A stretch of DNA of 63,987 bases, filler included, from Octopus bimaculoides (taxonomy: Eukaryota): the NCBI RefSeq assembly GCF_001194135.2. It is 5 parts of 5 records of this genome, joined end to end, with 100 filler letters (N's around TTAATTAATTAA, not from the genome) between each part and the next. Parts side by side here need not be neighbours in the genome. Positions count along the whole stretch, not along the records: positions 23,424 to 41,980 come from NC_068985.1; 4 more parts are not named here. One strand, given 5' to 3'. Below the pieces are notes generated by a model. That model was not told where the DNA came from. It worked only from the letters and a program-made list of their open reading frames with translations, and ran no database searches. Positions 25,575-37,697 of this stretch are shown here, piece by piece (positions within the stretch are counted from its first letter, which is position 1; each line of letters begins with the position of its first letter). A program made the translations under genes and the position numbers.

Positions 25575-25990
25575 TTAAGAGTAAAAATAAAAACCCTATC
25601 TGGCTAAATATCCCTTTCAACTTTACAATATCCACGAATATTTACAAAAAAATTATGAATATTTTACAAAAAAATTTCCCTTCTCACAGATATAGTAGAA
25701 TTTTTTCTTGTCATACAGTCCGAATTTCTTACTCTACCCTCCCNNNNNNNNNNTCTTGTCATACAGTCCGAATTTCTTACTCTACCCTCCCTAATGTAGG
25801 TACAATCATAGCTAGGTTAAACAGAAAGAACATTAGGTTAGCTAGAATCAATGAAGTTAGGAATAGTGGATACAGTTATATGAATATAAATATTAATCTA
25901 ACAAATACCAATAGTAATATTGCTAATAATTATATAAATAGAAGTAGAAATAACAGTGACAATGGAAATTATGAGGATAATAGTAATATG
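25575..25990 (+). mobile_element. PLE linker-region fragment
   Basis: PIWLNIPFN..STNIYKKIMNILQKNFP..SRIFSCHTVRISYSTLPNVGTII, the PLE IWFNPPF..TNI..HFP..K.SYS motif. Confidence 0.75.
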
Positions 25991-26004
25991 CTTAGTCCTA
26001 CCAG

Positions 26005-27420
26005 GGAGCTGTCTATTAGGATAGCTGGTCCCTCTACAAGGTCAACATTTGGCAAACTCTCCTCCCATTCATTCTCCACGTTCAGCAGTCTTTCATAGTG
26101 TCTTCTCCAAACCTCTTTCTTTTCCGAATCATTAAAAGCAAGTGCACCATCATCATGTGGACATTTTCTCTCCTGTAACATCACAATTTTCTCTCACACA
26201 CTGTTTTGCAATCCGAAATACTTCAGTTCTTTGGTCTTCACGTCGCTGGACAGTGGCAAACTTCTTTTTCGCTTCGCGCTTGGCTATGTATACCGGCTGC
26301 CCAGCCTCCCTTTTGGCTACCTGGTACAGTTCCCTGCTACCCCACCCTTCCACACCTGTTTCTTTACTTTAATGGCTTTGTCTACAGTACTATTCCCCCA
26401 CCACGTAACTCTAGATCTGGAAGGGACTTTGCAGCATCTGCAGACTTGGTCTGTGGCACTCAGCAAGCTGTCCCATAGGTATTTCCAGCTACCCTCTATG
26501 TCCAATGTCTGTTGCTCCTCCCTCTCATCAAATTTCTCAAAGAGGATATCCCTAAATCTCTGACCATGTGAAGGATTCTTTAGCTTCCAAATCCTTTTTT
26601 GGATTGGTCTGCTTCTTGGTATCCCTCTGGCCTCGAGTCTAAAGTCACTAATGACTAGCCTATGCTGGGGGGCACATTCTTCACCCGGGAGGGTCTTTGT
26701 ATTTAAGAGCAACCCTGCGTCCCGCAGTCTGGTGAGGATGAAATCAATCTGGCTAGCAGAGTCACCTGATTGATAGGTTATCAGGTGGCTGTCTGGTTTC
26801 CTAAAATTAGTGTTGCAGATTAAAAGGTTACATGCAACACAGAACTCCAGTAGCCTAGTTCCCTCGTCGTTTCGGGAACCAATACCATGGCCCCCGTGTA
26901 CACTATTGAAGATGCCTGATTTTCGTCCAGCATGCCCATTAAAATCTCCAGCCGCAAAGATGTCATTGCCACTCGTATTTGATGTAGCCTGTAGAAGGAT
27001 ATCATAAAGATGGTCCTTCTGATCATTTGGTAGGCCTGCTTGTGGGGCACAGGCAGAGATAATTGTAGCTGTGCTGTTCTGCAGGACGAGTCTAACCTTA
27101 AGCGCTCTATCACATCCCCTGACAACCTCTATGACTTTATCTACTCATTTCTCCGCAAGGAGTATGCCTATACCTCCCCCCACTCCATCCGTGTTACCTT
27201 GCCAAAAGATTTTGTACTTATGTGCCTTGCCTGTGAGGATCCTAGCTGAAGCTCTTCTCCATCTTACTTCTTGTATGCAGCATACATCGACACATCTCCT
27301 TTCAAGCATCTCTACAATCTCACTAGACCCACCTTTCAGTGAGCCTACATTGACTGTGCCAACTCTGAAAACTGGGAAAGGAATGTCGGGTGAGGCTTGG
27401 GGAGGAGAGATGTTATTCAG
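26005..27420 (-). mobile_element. RTE LINE APE-to-linker fragment (diverged subfamily)
   Basis: FRVGTVNVGSLKG..CCIQEVRW; PQHRLVISDF; KEVWRRHYERLLNVENEW. Confidence 0.88.
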
Positions 27421-29306
27421 TGCCTGAAAAGAAGAGGGCGGTTTCGTGTTCGATTTTTTAGGCATACTTCATCTGTTCTCACTTCCGACCTGACATCATT
27501 CAAACATTCAAGTGTGTTAGGATTAAGATCGTAGCCCCTACTAGAGGTAGGATTAGGTGTTTTAGGTGTTAGCGGCATTGTGAGTATAAGCATTATGATC
27601 ATTTTAAGGGGGAGGGGTGATTTCAAACAGAGAGAGAGAGGAAGCAAGTTCATCCATTGTGAGTATAAGCATTATGGTCATCGTAAGAGGGGGGTGATTT
27701 CAGACAGAGAGAGAGGAAGTAAGTTCATCCATACATACACACAAGCACGCATGCACACAGACACAGGCGAACAAGCACACACGTGCAGCCCATTAGCTGT
27801 CTCCTTTACTTGATATGTGCGTGGAAAATTACTGGGTAGTTGCTGGAATATTTCTAGATGGGACAAAATGAAACGAAGGATAAACGGTTAAGTAGGTAGG
27901 CAGCTAACCGAGTTGCGTTTTTCGGGGAGAGAGTGGGGGTGCAGGTAGTATAGAGAACAGCATCAGAGAGGAAGGCGGATTGAGAGAAGAGACATCTGGT
28001 AATGGTGGTGAGAAACCATTACCAGAAGAACGAAACAAAACGAAGGACAACTGAGTTAGTTGCTGATATCCCAGGAGAGAGAGACAGGAAGAGTGCAGGT
28101 AATATATAGAAAACAGCCCGGTGAGAAGGAACAGTGGAGAAGAGAGACATCAGGTAATGGTGGTGGGCGGAGAAAGAAATATCCGGTGTAGTTGGTGAGA
28201 AGATAGAGATAAAGATCGAAATATCCGGTATTGGTGGTGGGGGTGGGACAGCGTGGGCGCACCGCGAACGAACGAGTTAATTTGGGGAAATGGTGAGAGG
28301 ATCGAACGAAAGGAGCAGAACTGTTTGGTATACATTAATAGTGTTCATGGTGGATGAGAAATTAAACTAGAGAAACGAGGAATATGAAATTAAACAGGCC
28401 AAGAGACGAGAATTATCCTAATTTAATTTGTTAGCATCTGAGAAAAATTAGCTGTTAGTAAACAGTACATTTAAATAGTAAACAATACATTTAAAGTGTT
28501 AATGGTTAATGAGTGAATGAAGGATCGAAACGAGACTTAGCTTAGCTTAGCAATGCATAATCAATATTTGGCGACTGGACAAGAATACGCGAGAGAATGG
28601 AATGTTAGGGGGCACATGGGACAGGGATTTTAAAACAGATAGATGCAACCGGGAGATAGATTAGAGGTAATGGGGAGAGAATCGAACGAAAGGAGCAGGA
28701 CTGTTTAGTATACATTAATAGTGTTCATGGCGGATGAACATTGGGTCTATGATGCTGCTGCCGGGTCACTTGGTACAGGAGTTCTCGTAGGTTGTGTTTG
28801 CTGTTAACCATGGTGAAGTAATTCACAAACAATGTTGTGTTGGAACCTGTGCGAGTGTTTCTGGTTGCTGTGTATGTAGAGAGATGATGTTGATGTTGGG
28901 ATGAATGCTGGCGACAGATATGGAGGTCACTGAATGCTACTCGGACAAAGTTGATGAGTCTCCACGTGGCTGCTGTTGTGTCGTCGCTAGAACTGGCCGT
29001 GTCCTGTGTGGTCAGTGGCTAGACCTTAAACGGTCTGGAACCGAAAGACGTCGACTCGATGTGTCGCTGAAGTTTTATAGTGAGCAGTCGGTGCAAACTG
29101 AGGTGTAGAAGCGACTGTCTCACATGACCTTATTTAAAGGCTGTGATTGGTTGGGTTGTACAATGGCGTGCACATTGGTTGCACATTGGCGCGCCAAAAC
29201 GAAAACTTTTGAAATACAACCCCAAATATAATTGGTAGAACTATATACATGTTCAATCTCATGCGGACGTCTCGTGTATAGTTCTGCAAATTATATTGCT
29301 ATGACG

Positions 29307-29365
29307 ATCACATTGAAGAGTTGCGGACAATTACGTAAGTGGTAACAACGAAACCGGTCTGTGAT
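29307..29365 (+). ncRNA. Minimal type I hammerhead motif (C3>U) in a PLE-type pseudo-LTR-like repeat
   Basis: atcaca-TTGAAGA-gttg..caac-GAAA-CCGG-TC-tgtgat: 6-bp stem I, palindromic ACCGGT stem III, GUC site. Confidence 0.7.
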
Positions 29366-30239
29366 TAATCTTTATATTTTGTATCTTTTCATTTGTCTTG
29401 CTCGCTTACGTTCTGGCGTTTGCTGAATTTTCTTGAGAACAATCTCTTCTTAGTGGTCAGACCGTAGGTGGTCTTCTTCTAGCATAATGGATGTCCACTT
29501 AGTGGTCATCTCTCTTATATNNNNNNNNNNNNNNNNNNNNNNNNNNNNNNNNNNNNNNNNNNNNNNNNNNNNNNNNNNNNNNNNNNNNNNNNNNNNNNNN
29601 NNNNNNNNNNNNNNNNNNNNNNNNNNNNNNNNNNNNNNNNNNNNNNNNNNNNNNNNNNNNNNNNNNNNNNNNNNNNNNNNNNNNNNNNNNNNNNNNNNNN
29701 NNNNNNNNNNNNNNNNNNNNNNNNNNNNNNNNNNNNNNNNNNNNNNNNNNNNNNNNNNNNNNNNNNNNNNNNNNNNNNNNNNNNNNNNNNNNNNNNNNNN
29801 NNNNNNNNNNNNNNNNNNNNNNNNNNNNNNNNNNNNNNNNNNNNNNNNNNNNNNNNNNNNNNNNNNNNNNNNNNNNNNNNNNNNNNNNNNNNNNNNNNNN
29901 NNNNNNNNNNNNNNNNNNNNNNNNNNNNNNNNNNNNNNNNNNNNNNNNNNNNNNNNNNNNNNNNNNNNNNNNNNNNNNNNNNNNNNNNNNNNNNNNNNNN
30001 NNNNNNNNNNNNNNNNNNNNNNNNNNNNNNNNNNNNNNNNNNNNNNNNNNNNNNNNNNNNNAATCCTCAGCTGCATAAAGACATAAAATTTAATTAAATT
30101 AAAACAGATGGACACATTAGTATAATTTTACCTAAAATCTCCAAGAAGGTAAGGAGATAGACAAAGAACATGCTGTCTTCACTTTAGCCTAGAAGCTTCT
30201 AAGCTGAAGTGAAGACAGTATGTTCTTTGTCTATGATGT

Positions 30240-33200
30240 GATGTAGTGTTGCAGGTGGAGATGATTGGCGGCCAGGGTTGTCAGCTTCGAGGATTTTGGG
30301 GAGGAAATAAATTGTGGTGATGCGTGGGGTGCGGACAATGAGGTTGGAGGCGGTGGGGGAGACGGGAGGAAGAGATGAGGTCATGGATAGTGGAGGACAC
30401 ATGGATTGCTAAGTACCTAAAGCATCGAGCAATGAGTATAAGTAGCGATCGTGATATCCACCACGAAGAAATGGAGTGTCGCGGAAAAGCGCACACAACC
30501 TAACACGGCGCACAAAGCTGTAGATATCGACACGAGTCCAAAATTCGTTGCTGGATGGAGTGAGAGGGATGAAGCGCAGACCCCTACTGAGGAGGGAGCG
30601 CTCCGCCTCAGAGAGGGTGAGATCTGGAGGAATGGTAGCAACAGACTGAAGTGGGGAAGGGGTGGATGGGATAGAAGTAGGAGGGGTGGNNNNNNNNNNN
30701 NNNNNNNNNNNNNNNNNNNNNNNNNNNNNGGGGGTGAGGGGGAACACATCAGGAAGAGGGGTAGTGGCATCGGGTGTGATGGAATAGAGGATTGAGTGGA
30801 GTTTACGTTGTTTGATGTGAGCAAGAAATTGATGAAAGAGATGATTTAAATGAATAATGTAACGTAACGTAGTGTTTTCATGGAAAGGCGGCTGAAAGGA
30901 GCAGATGGAAAAAGCAAAAGGGAGAAGACGGTCAATGGTGTGTATTTTGGAGGGATTAGAACGAATGGTGGCGCGCATAAGGCGGTAGGGTGTAGTACGG
31001 AGTATGGGTAGGATGGTTGTAGCAGAGTGGAGAGTGGGGTGTAAATGGAGGCGAAAACCTTTAGGGATGAAGCGGTGATGCAAGTAGCAATTGAGAAACG
31101 AAATGTGACTAGAGAAACGAGTTTTTAAAAAAATTAGTAGAGAAAGGTTAATAGAAGGCTGAAAGCAGCGGAAAGGAAGTGTGCAAAGGTGTTGTTTTAG
31201 ACGGTGGTGGAGGTGGAGGAGGAAAGGTTTGTAATCGGGCATGATGTAAAACGAGAAGAGAATAGAAAGAAAGGAAAAAAAGGGAAAAAAGTAGGAGAGA
31301 GAAAATAGATAAAGACGTGGGGAGGAAAAATTCAAAAGGTGTTGGGAGAAAAAGAAGGCAAAAGGCGTGAGGAGAAAAAATGCAAAAGGCGTGAAGAGAA
31401 AAATATATATATAAGAGGTGGGATAAGAAAATAAAAACAAGGAAAGAAAGGACGAAGACGATAGAAACAGAGCGAAAAGGGAGAAGCGAAGACGAAAGGG
31501 AAAAAGAAAGGGGTGAGAGAAAGGCAGGTGCGGATTAGAAAAAAAAAGAGTAAGAACAACCAGAGTAGGAAGAATTGACAAATGGAAAAAGCAGAAAGTA
31601 CAAAAAAGTTAAGAAAAGTTCAAAAGCTTCGAACGTCGTGGTGTATTGGAGCGATTTCTCATCAACAGAGGAGCCCAGTGTAATTCATGGGCAGGAGAGG
31701 TGCAGCTGAAGTGTACGAGAGTAGAAAGTCCAGGTAGAGAATCCAAATAGAATAGTCCAGTGTAGAAGGTGTAAAAGTTCGTTGGGTAATGAGAGGAGAC
31801 AGGATCAACTGGTGCGAGTAATATATGGAGAGAATTCACAAAAAAGCAAAGGGCGAAGACAGGTGATGTAGACAACAAGCAAATGTATTAGCTTACCGCT
31901 CGGGAAGTGAAAAAGTTTTTAATGTTTCGAGCCTACACTCTTCCACAGAAAGAAACAAGGAAAGAAAATAAAGAATGTGTAGTGGCTAGCGATCTATCAT
32001 GGCGAATGCCGGATAGAGGGATCACACAGGAGAGCTAGGAATAAGGGGAGGTAATAAAGTAGTGGTGATCCTAAAACGAAGGTGCGCGTGCGTGTGTATA
32101 AGAGAGCATGTATGTGCGTGTGGAAGAGAGCTGGTTACCTTGACGTGTGCCTGTGTGTATGTGTAGGTGCGTGGATGTGGGGCTGGCAAGTGGTCAGTGC
32201 TAGTGTGTGCTTGGTGGCGTGATGTAATGTGGTGTTGTGTGGTATGGTGGTGTATGGTGTAGTGGTGTGGTGTGATGGTGTTGGGATGTGGGGAAAGCAA
32301 GAGTGGGTGTGGGTTAGGCTGAGGGTGTGGTATGTGGGAGTGGGTGTAAGGGGTGGGATGCGATGGACAGGGAAAGTGGGTTGGATTGTGTGGGGTGGGG
32401 TTATGAGGGAGGGGTGACGATGAAGGGAGACGGGAAGAGAAACCGTGGGTAGGAGTGACGACAAGAGAGAAGGAGAGTAGGAGTGAAGAGAAGTAGGAGT
32501 TGGAGCAAGAGAGAAGTGGGTGGGAGGAAGTAGGAGAGAGGGGGAGGTGGTTAGATGAAGAGGAGAGGAGAGTTGAGCCCATGTGACGCAAAGGAGCGAA
32601 GAGAGAAGGTTAATCCCTATTCATGGCGCAAACGGGAGTCCGGATGGCCCCTGTGCAAGGACAATCCGACACAGACAGGTGTTGCAAAGAATGACCAGTA
32701 GAGCAGAAATGGCGCGAGACCGGGGTGTCATTGCCGAGTCGGATGTCCTGGAGGTGTTCCGCGAAGCGGTCAGCCAAGCGGCGTCCCGTTTGCCCGATGT
32801 ATAGAGAAGGGCAGGGAGAGCAGGAGATGCAGTAGATGACATTGGTAGAAGTGCAGGTGAAGGAGTGGGTGATATGATAGGGTCGATGATGGGTGCCATT
32901 GAGGAGGTGGTGTTAGAGAGGTAAGGGCAAGTGTGGAAGCGTGGGCGGGAGTAGGGGAATGAGCCGGGTTGGGAGGTTGGGTTAGGGAAGAAGCTGTGGA
33001 CCAAGAGGTCTCGTAGGTTGTGGGCTCGTTTGAAGGAGAGGAGGAGTCGGTTAGGGAAGATGTGCGAAGTGGAGGGGTCGGACTGGAGTCGCCGGAAGGC
33101 TCGGAGAATGGTGCGTTGGAGAGGTAGCGTGGTGGGGTGGTACGTGAGGGGAAACGGGAGACAGCGGGGCAGGTGCGGGGGGAAAGAGAGCAGATGCACA

Positions 33201-33620
33201 GTCCACGGAAGTGCTCTGGCAAGGGCGGTGTGGATAGTGGTGAGGAGATATCCACGTAGGATGGAGTGGCAAGCCATGAGTTGAGACTGAGTCTCAATGT
33301 TATGGTCGTCATTACAAAGCCTGCGTCGACGGAGGAATTGGGAATAGGGGATGGAAAGCTTGGTGTGTTTAGGATGAGAGGAGAAGTTGAGGTATGAGTG
33401 TGAGTCTGTGTGTTTGTAGTGGATAAAGGTAGTGAAAGTGGAGTGATGAATGTTAACCGAAATGTCAAGAAAGGAGAGAGGTGTCAGAGATAGTGCAGAA
33501 GTGGAGAGTAGGATGGAAAGATTTGACAAAAGAGAGGAAGGAGTCTAGATGTTCGCGGGAGTGTGAGATCGCATCGATACAGTCATCAATATAACGGCCG
33601 TATAGTTCGGGAGTGGGACC
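30240..33620 (-). mobile_element. Penelope/Poseidon-type PLE partial tandem: RT thumb + GIY-YIG, then 3'/pLTR, then N-terminus of the next unit
   Basis: YGRYIDDC, FLDISV..HYKHTDSHSYLNFSSHPKHTK.SIPYSQF (RT); LYIGQTGRRLADRF.EH (GIY-YIG, about 32700-32830); LSEAERSLLSRGLRFIP..FVRRVRL (about 30480-30620); IYFLPKI..PGR (about 30270-30320). Confidence 0.85.
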
Positions 33621-33696
33621 AGTGACATATACTATATACATATGCAATATACATATATATACATATACAATATACATATATATACGTGTACAATAC

Positions 33697-33733
<37 letters not shown>

Positions 33734-34294
33734 NNNNNNNNNNNNNNNNNNNNNNNNNNNNNNNNNNNNNNNNNNNNNNNNNNNNNNNNNNNNNNNNNNN
33801 NNNNNNNNNNNNNNNNNNNNNNNNNNNNNNNNNNNNNNNNNNNNNNNNNNNNNNNNNNNNNNNNNNNNNNNNNNNNNNNNNNNNNNNNNNNNNNNNNNNN
33901 NNNNNNNNNNNNNNNNNNNNNNNNNNNNNNNNNNNNNNNNNNNNNNNNNNNNNNNNNNNNNNNNNNNNNNNNNNNNNNNNNNNNNNNNNNNNNNNNNNNN
34001 NNNNNNNNNTATATATATATTTGTATATAACTTTAAATAGTAAGGGCAAAAAATTGAATATTAATTTAAATAATATCAATTCAAACCAGTGGCCTAGCAT
34101 ATTGAAAAAATCTGAAGATTCAGAAAAATTATATGAATAAAAGGGATGACCTCTTATAAGAGTGGACATCCAATATGCTAGATGTAAACCCCATATGGTC
34201 TGACCACTAAGAAAAGATTGTTCTCAAGAAAATTCAGCAATCACCAGAATGTAAGCGAGCAAGACAAATGAAAAGATACAAAATATAATGATTA

Positions 34295-34366
34295 GTCACA
34301 TACCAAATTTCATTGTTACTACTTACATAATTACATACGTAAATGTCCGCAATTCATCAGTGTGAC
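34295..34366 (-). ncRNA. Minimal type I hammerhead motif (intact CUGAUGA, damaged stem III)
   Basis: gtcaca-CTGATGA-attg..caat-GAAA-tttgg-TA-tgtgac; same repeat family as 29270-29520. Confidence 0.65.
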
Positions 34367-34529
34367 CGTCATAGCAAAATATAATTTTCAGAACTATACA
34401 CATCTAGCATATTGGATGTCCATTTAGTGGTTATCCCTCTTATATGTATGTAATATAAATTTTCTGAATCTTCAGACTTTTTCAATAGGCTAGGCCACTT
34501 ATATTCATTGCTCGATGTTTTAGGCACTG

Positions 34530-34940
34530 AACAATTCCTTTCTTTACAATGTATGGATGCTGGGAGTTGAAGCGCTCACCAAGTATGGATTCAGGACATT
34601 CGTATACCGCAAGCCGACCTTCACTGGATGATACCTCAACTTCAACTCCCACCATCCATAAAGTGTAAAGAGAGGGATTGTTCAGTGCTTAAAACATCGA
34701 GCAATGAGTATAAGTAGCGATCGTGATACCCACCACGAAGTAATGATCAAACTCAGTAACAATCTATTAAGCAACAACTACCCCAAAAGCATACTCTCCA
34801 CTCCAATTATGAAGAAAAGAGAGGATGAAACCGAAAAACTGTCCACAGTCTGTCTACTCTATGTGAAAGGCCTCTCCGAAAAGATACAAAAGATATGCGG
34901 CCCATATGACATCAGAACAGTATTCAAATGTAATACAGTA
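34530..34940 (+). mobile_element. Second Penelope-type PLE RT-thumb fragment
   Basis: YRKPTFTG*YLNFNSHHP..GIVQCLKHRA..NNYPK..VCL.YVKGLSEKIQKIC..IRTVFK. Confidence 0.8.
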
Positions 34941-36261
34941 TTCAAATACAGACGCGAACAAACTCATACACATACATGCGCACAGACAACACCCTGACAA
35001 ATACTAATCACACACATACATATACACAAACGTGCACACACATACACACACCATCCTACCAAATATAAAAAAAAAACACAGACCCATACACACACGCTAC
35101 AATAAACTCTGGGACCAATCAAAAACGGACCAGACACACAAACACATGTATATATACACACACGCATAGAGACGCGCATAGAGACACACATATTCACACC
35201 ATTCTGACCTCCAAGACCAGTCCTAAAAATCACTGAACCATGACAGACTAGCTCAGAAACAAAAAAATTCTTTTAATTCCACATTGCTCTTTCTCCCACC
35301 CAACCAACCTCCCACACTATTCCTCAAAATAGCAAACATTCCTTAGCTACACACAAGACAGAAAAAATGTCAAAAAGACAGGTCGGTTCCGCTCCAATAT
35401 TTTGTAAATTCTTAAATATATCTCCTTCTGTATATANNNNNNNNNNNNNNNNNNNNNNNNNNNNNNNNNNNNNNNNNNNNNNNNNNNNNNNNNNNNNNNN
35501 NNNNNNNNNNNNNNNNNNNNNNNNNNNNNNNNNNNNNNNNNNNNNNNNNNNNNNNNNNNNNNNNNNNNNNNNNNNNNNNNNNNNNNNNNNNNNNNNNNNN
35601 NNNNNNNNNNNNNNNNNNNNNNNNNNNNNNNNNNNNNNNNNNNNNNNNNNNNNNNNNNNNNNNNNNNNNNNNNNNNNNNNNNNNNNNNNNNNNNNNNNNN
35701 NNNNNNNNNNNNNNNNNNNNNNNNNNNNNNNNNNNNNNNNNNNNNNNNNNNNNNNNNNNNNNNNNNNNNNNNNNNNNNNNNNNNNNNNNNNNNNNNNNNN
35801 NNNNNNNNNNNNNNNNNNNNNNNNNNNNNNNNNNNNNNNNNNNNNNNNNNNNNNNNNNNNNNNNNNNNNNNNNNNNNNNNNNNNNNNNNNNNNNNNNNNN
35901 NNNNNNNNNNNNNNNNNNNNNNNNNNNNNNNNNNNNNNNNNNNNNNNNNNNNNNNNNNNNNNNNNNNNNNNNNNNNNNNNNNNNNNNNNNNNNNNNNNNN
36001 NNNNNNNNNNNNNNNNNNNNNNNNNNNNNNNNNNNNNNNNNNNNNNNNNNNNNNNNNNNNNNNNNNNNNNNNNNNNNNNNNNNNNNNNNNNNTATATGTA
36101 TTTTAATACTTTTGTGACAACCAGTACTTAACACAACAAAGCTTATAAAAAGCCTTACATTTTACTTTTGACAATCTTTTTTCAAAAAAAGTGAAACCGA
36201 TCAAGTCAATAAACATTTTTTAAATTGCATTTTCAAACCTTTCATACATATGTGTGTGTGT

Positions 36262-36322
<61 letters not shown>

Positions 36323-36431
36323 ATATATATACATATATACACAATATATATACATATACAATATATTCATATATATATATATATATGAATATACATATAT
36401 ATATATTGTATATATATGTATAGTTGTTTGT

Positions 36432-37669
36432 TGAGGTTAGGAGGTCCTCTGCAGTTGAAGCTGGGGTTGCGTTTTCATCAGCGTATTGAAGCTCAGTGAT
36501 CTTGTGCTCTCGACAGTGATGTCTTGATCGGAAACGCGAGATGTTGAAAAGTCTGCCATCAACTCTACATCTGAGTTCCACTCCGGGGTTGTCTGTTGGA
36601 ATTTCGGAGAGCATGGCAGCGATGTAGAGAGAAAACAGGGTTGAAGCAAGAACACATCCTTGCTTCAGGCCACAGGTGATCTTGAATTCTTCAGAGATGT
36701 AGTCTGATAAAGGACTCTTCCCCTCATTTCATCAGCGAAATGAAACCTCCAGGACAACCGTAACGATGTAGGATATCCCACATGACCTCTCTTGGGACAC
36801 TGTCGAGCTTATCAAACCTTCGGCCTGAAAGTGAACATCACCAAAACCAAAGTGCTCGCTCAACCAGCTCCTCGTACCAACCTTTACAGCCCCAACATCA
36901 CCATCAACAACCAATCACTTGAAGTCGTTGAGGATTTCTGCTATCTTGGAAGTTTTCTGTCATCCACTGCAGGATCTGGTAAGAATATCGAACATCGCAT
37001 CCAATCAGGTCATGCCTCATTTGGTCGTCTCAAAGCCAGGGTCGTTTGCAACAAGGATCTGACATTCAAAACGAAGCTCATGGTCTGTCGGGCTGTTGTC
37101 GTATCAACTCTGTAAAACCTGGACTGTTTTCCATAAGGACATGAAGAAACTAGAGCACTTCCATCAATCCAAACTTCGCGCTATCCTGAACATCAACTGG
37201 GAAGATCACATCACCAATAATTCTGTGCTAGAAAGATCAGGTCTCCTGAGCATCGAAGCCTTGATCATTGAACATCGTCTCCGATGGTCAGGTAATGTCC
37301 GTTGGATGAATGAACACCGCCTTCCCAAAATCTGTCTCTACAGTGGAAAACGTCTGAAGGAAAACGTCCTCGTGGAGCTCCCTTGAGGCGGTACAAGGAC
37401 TAACTCAAATCAACCTTGAAAAGCACCAACATCGACCCCGCACACTGGGAGGATATCTCGACAAACAGACCCCTCTGGAGACACACCATCAAAACGGGTT
37501 CAGCGGACTTCGAGAAAGCCCGAGTCGCTAAAGCTGAACTCAAGAGACGGGAGAGAAAGCAGCGCCTTCTCCTTCCCAAACCACCCCCTTTTATCCCTTG
37601 TCCACAATGTCCGTATGTTTCATGCAACCCTTGGATTGCGGAACCATCTACGGTTCAAACACCCAGGAN
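36432..37669 (+). mobile_element. RTE (BovB-like) LINE 3' part with an inverted 5' segment
   Basis: Minus 36432-36795 carries G.KQGCVLA..ITELQYADE; plus 36800-37669 carries FGLKVNITKTKV..FCYLGS..LRWSG.V..LP..RRYKD..CPQC. Confidence 0.88.
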
Positions 37670-37697
37670 NNNNNNNNNNNNNNNNNNNNNNNNNNNN

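Noticed and set aside
25706-25791. Exact 38-bp direct repeat around 10 N
   Set aside because: An unmerged contig overlap, i.e. an assembly artefact.
30409-31581. 390-aa ORF as a possible novel host gene
   Set aside because: Its first half is low-complexity pyrimidine sequence and its second half is a PLE N-terminal domain.
36161-36207. actt-TTGACAA..GAAACCGATC-aagt hammerhead-like remnant
   Set aside because: Two core substitutions and a broken palindrome; too decayed to call. The same applies to weaker motifs near 15255-15295, 18465-18495 and 27430-27480.
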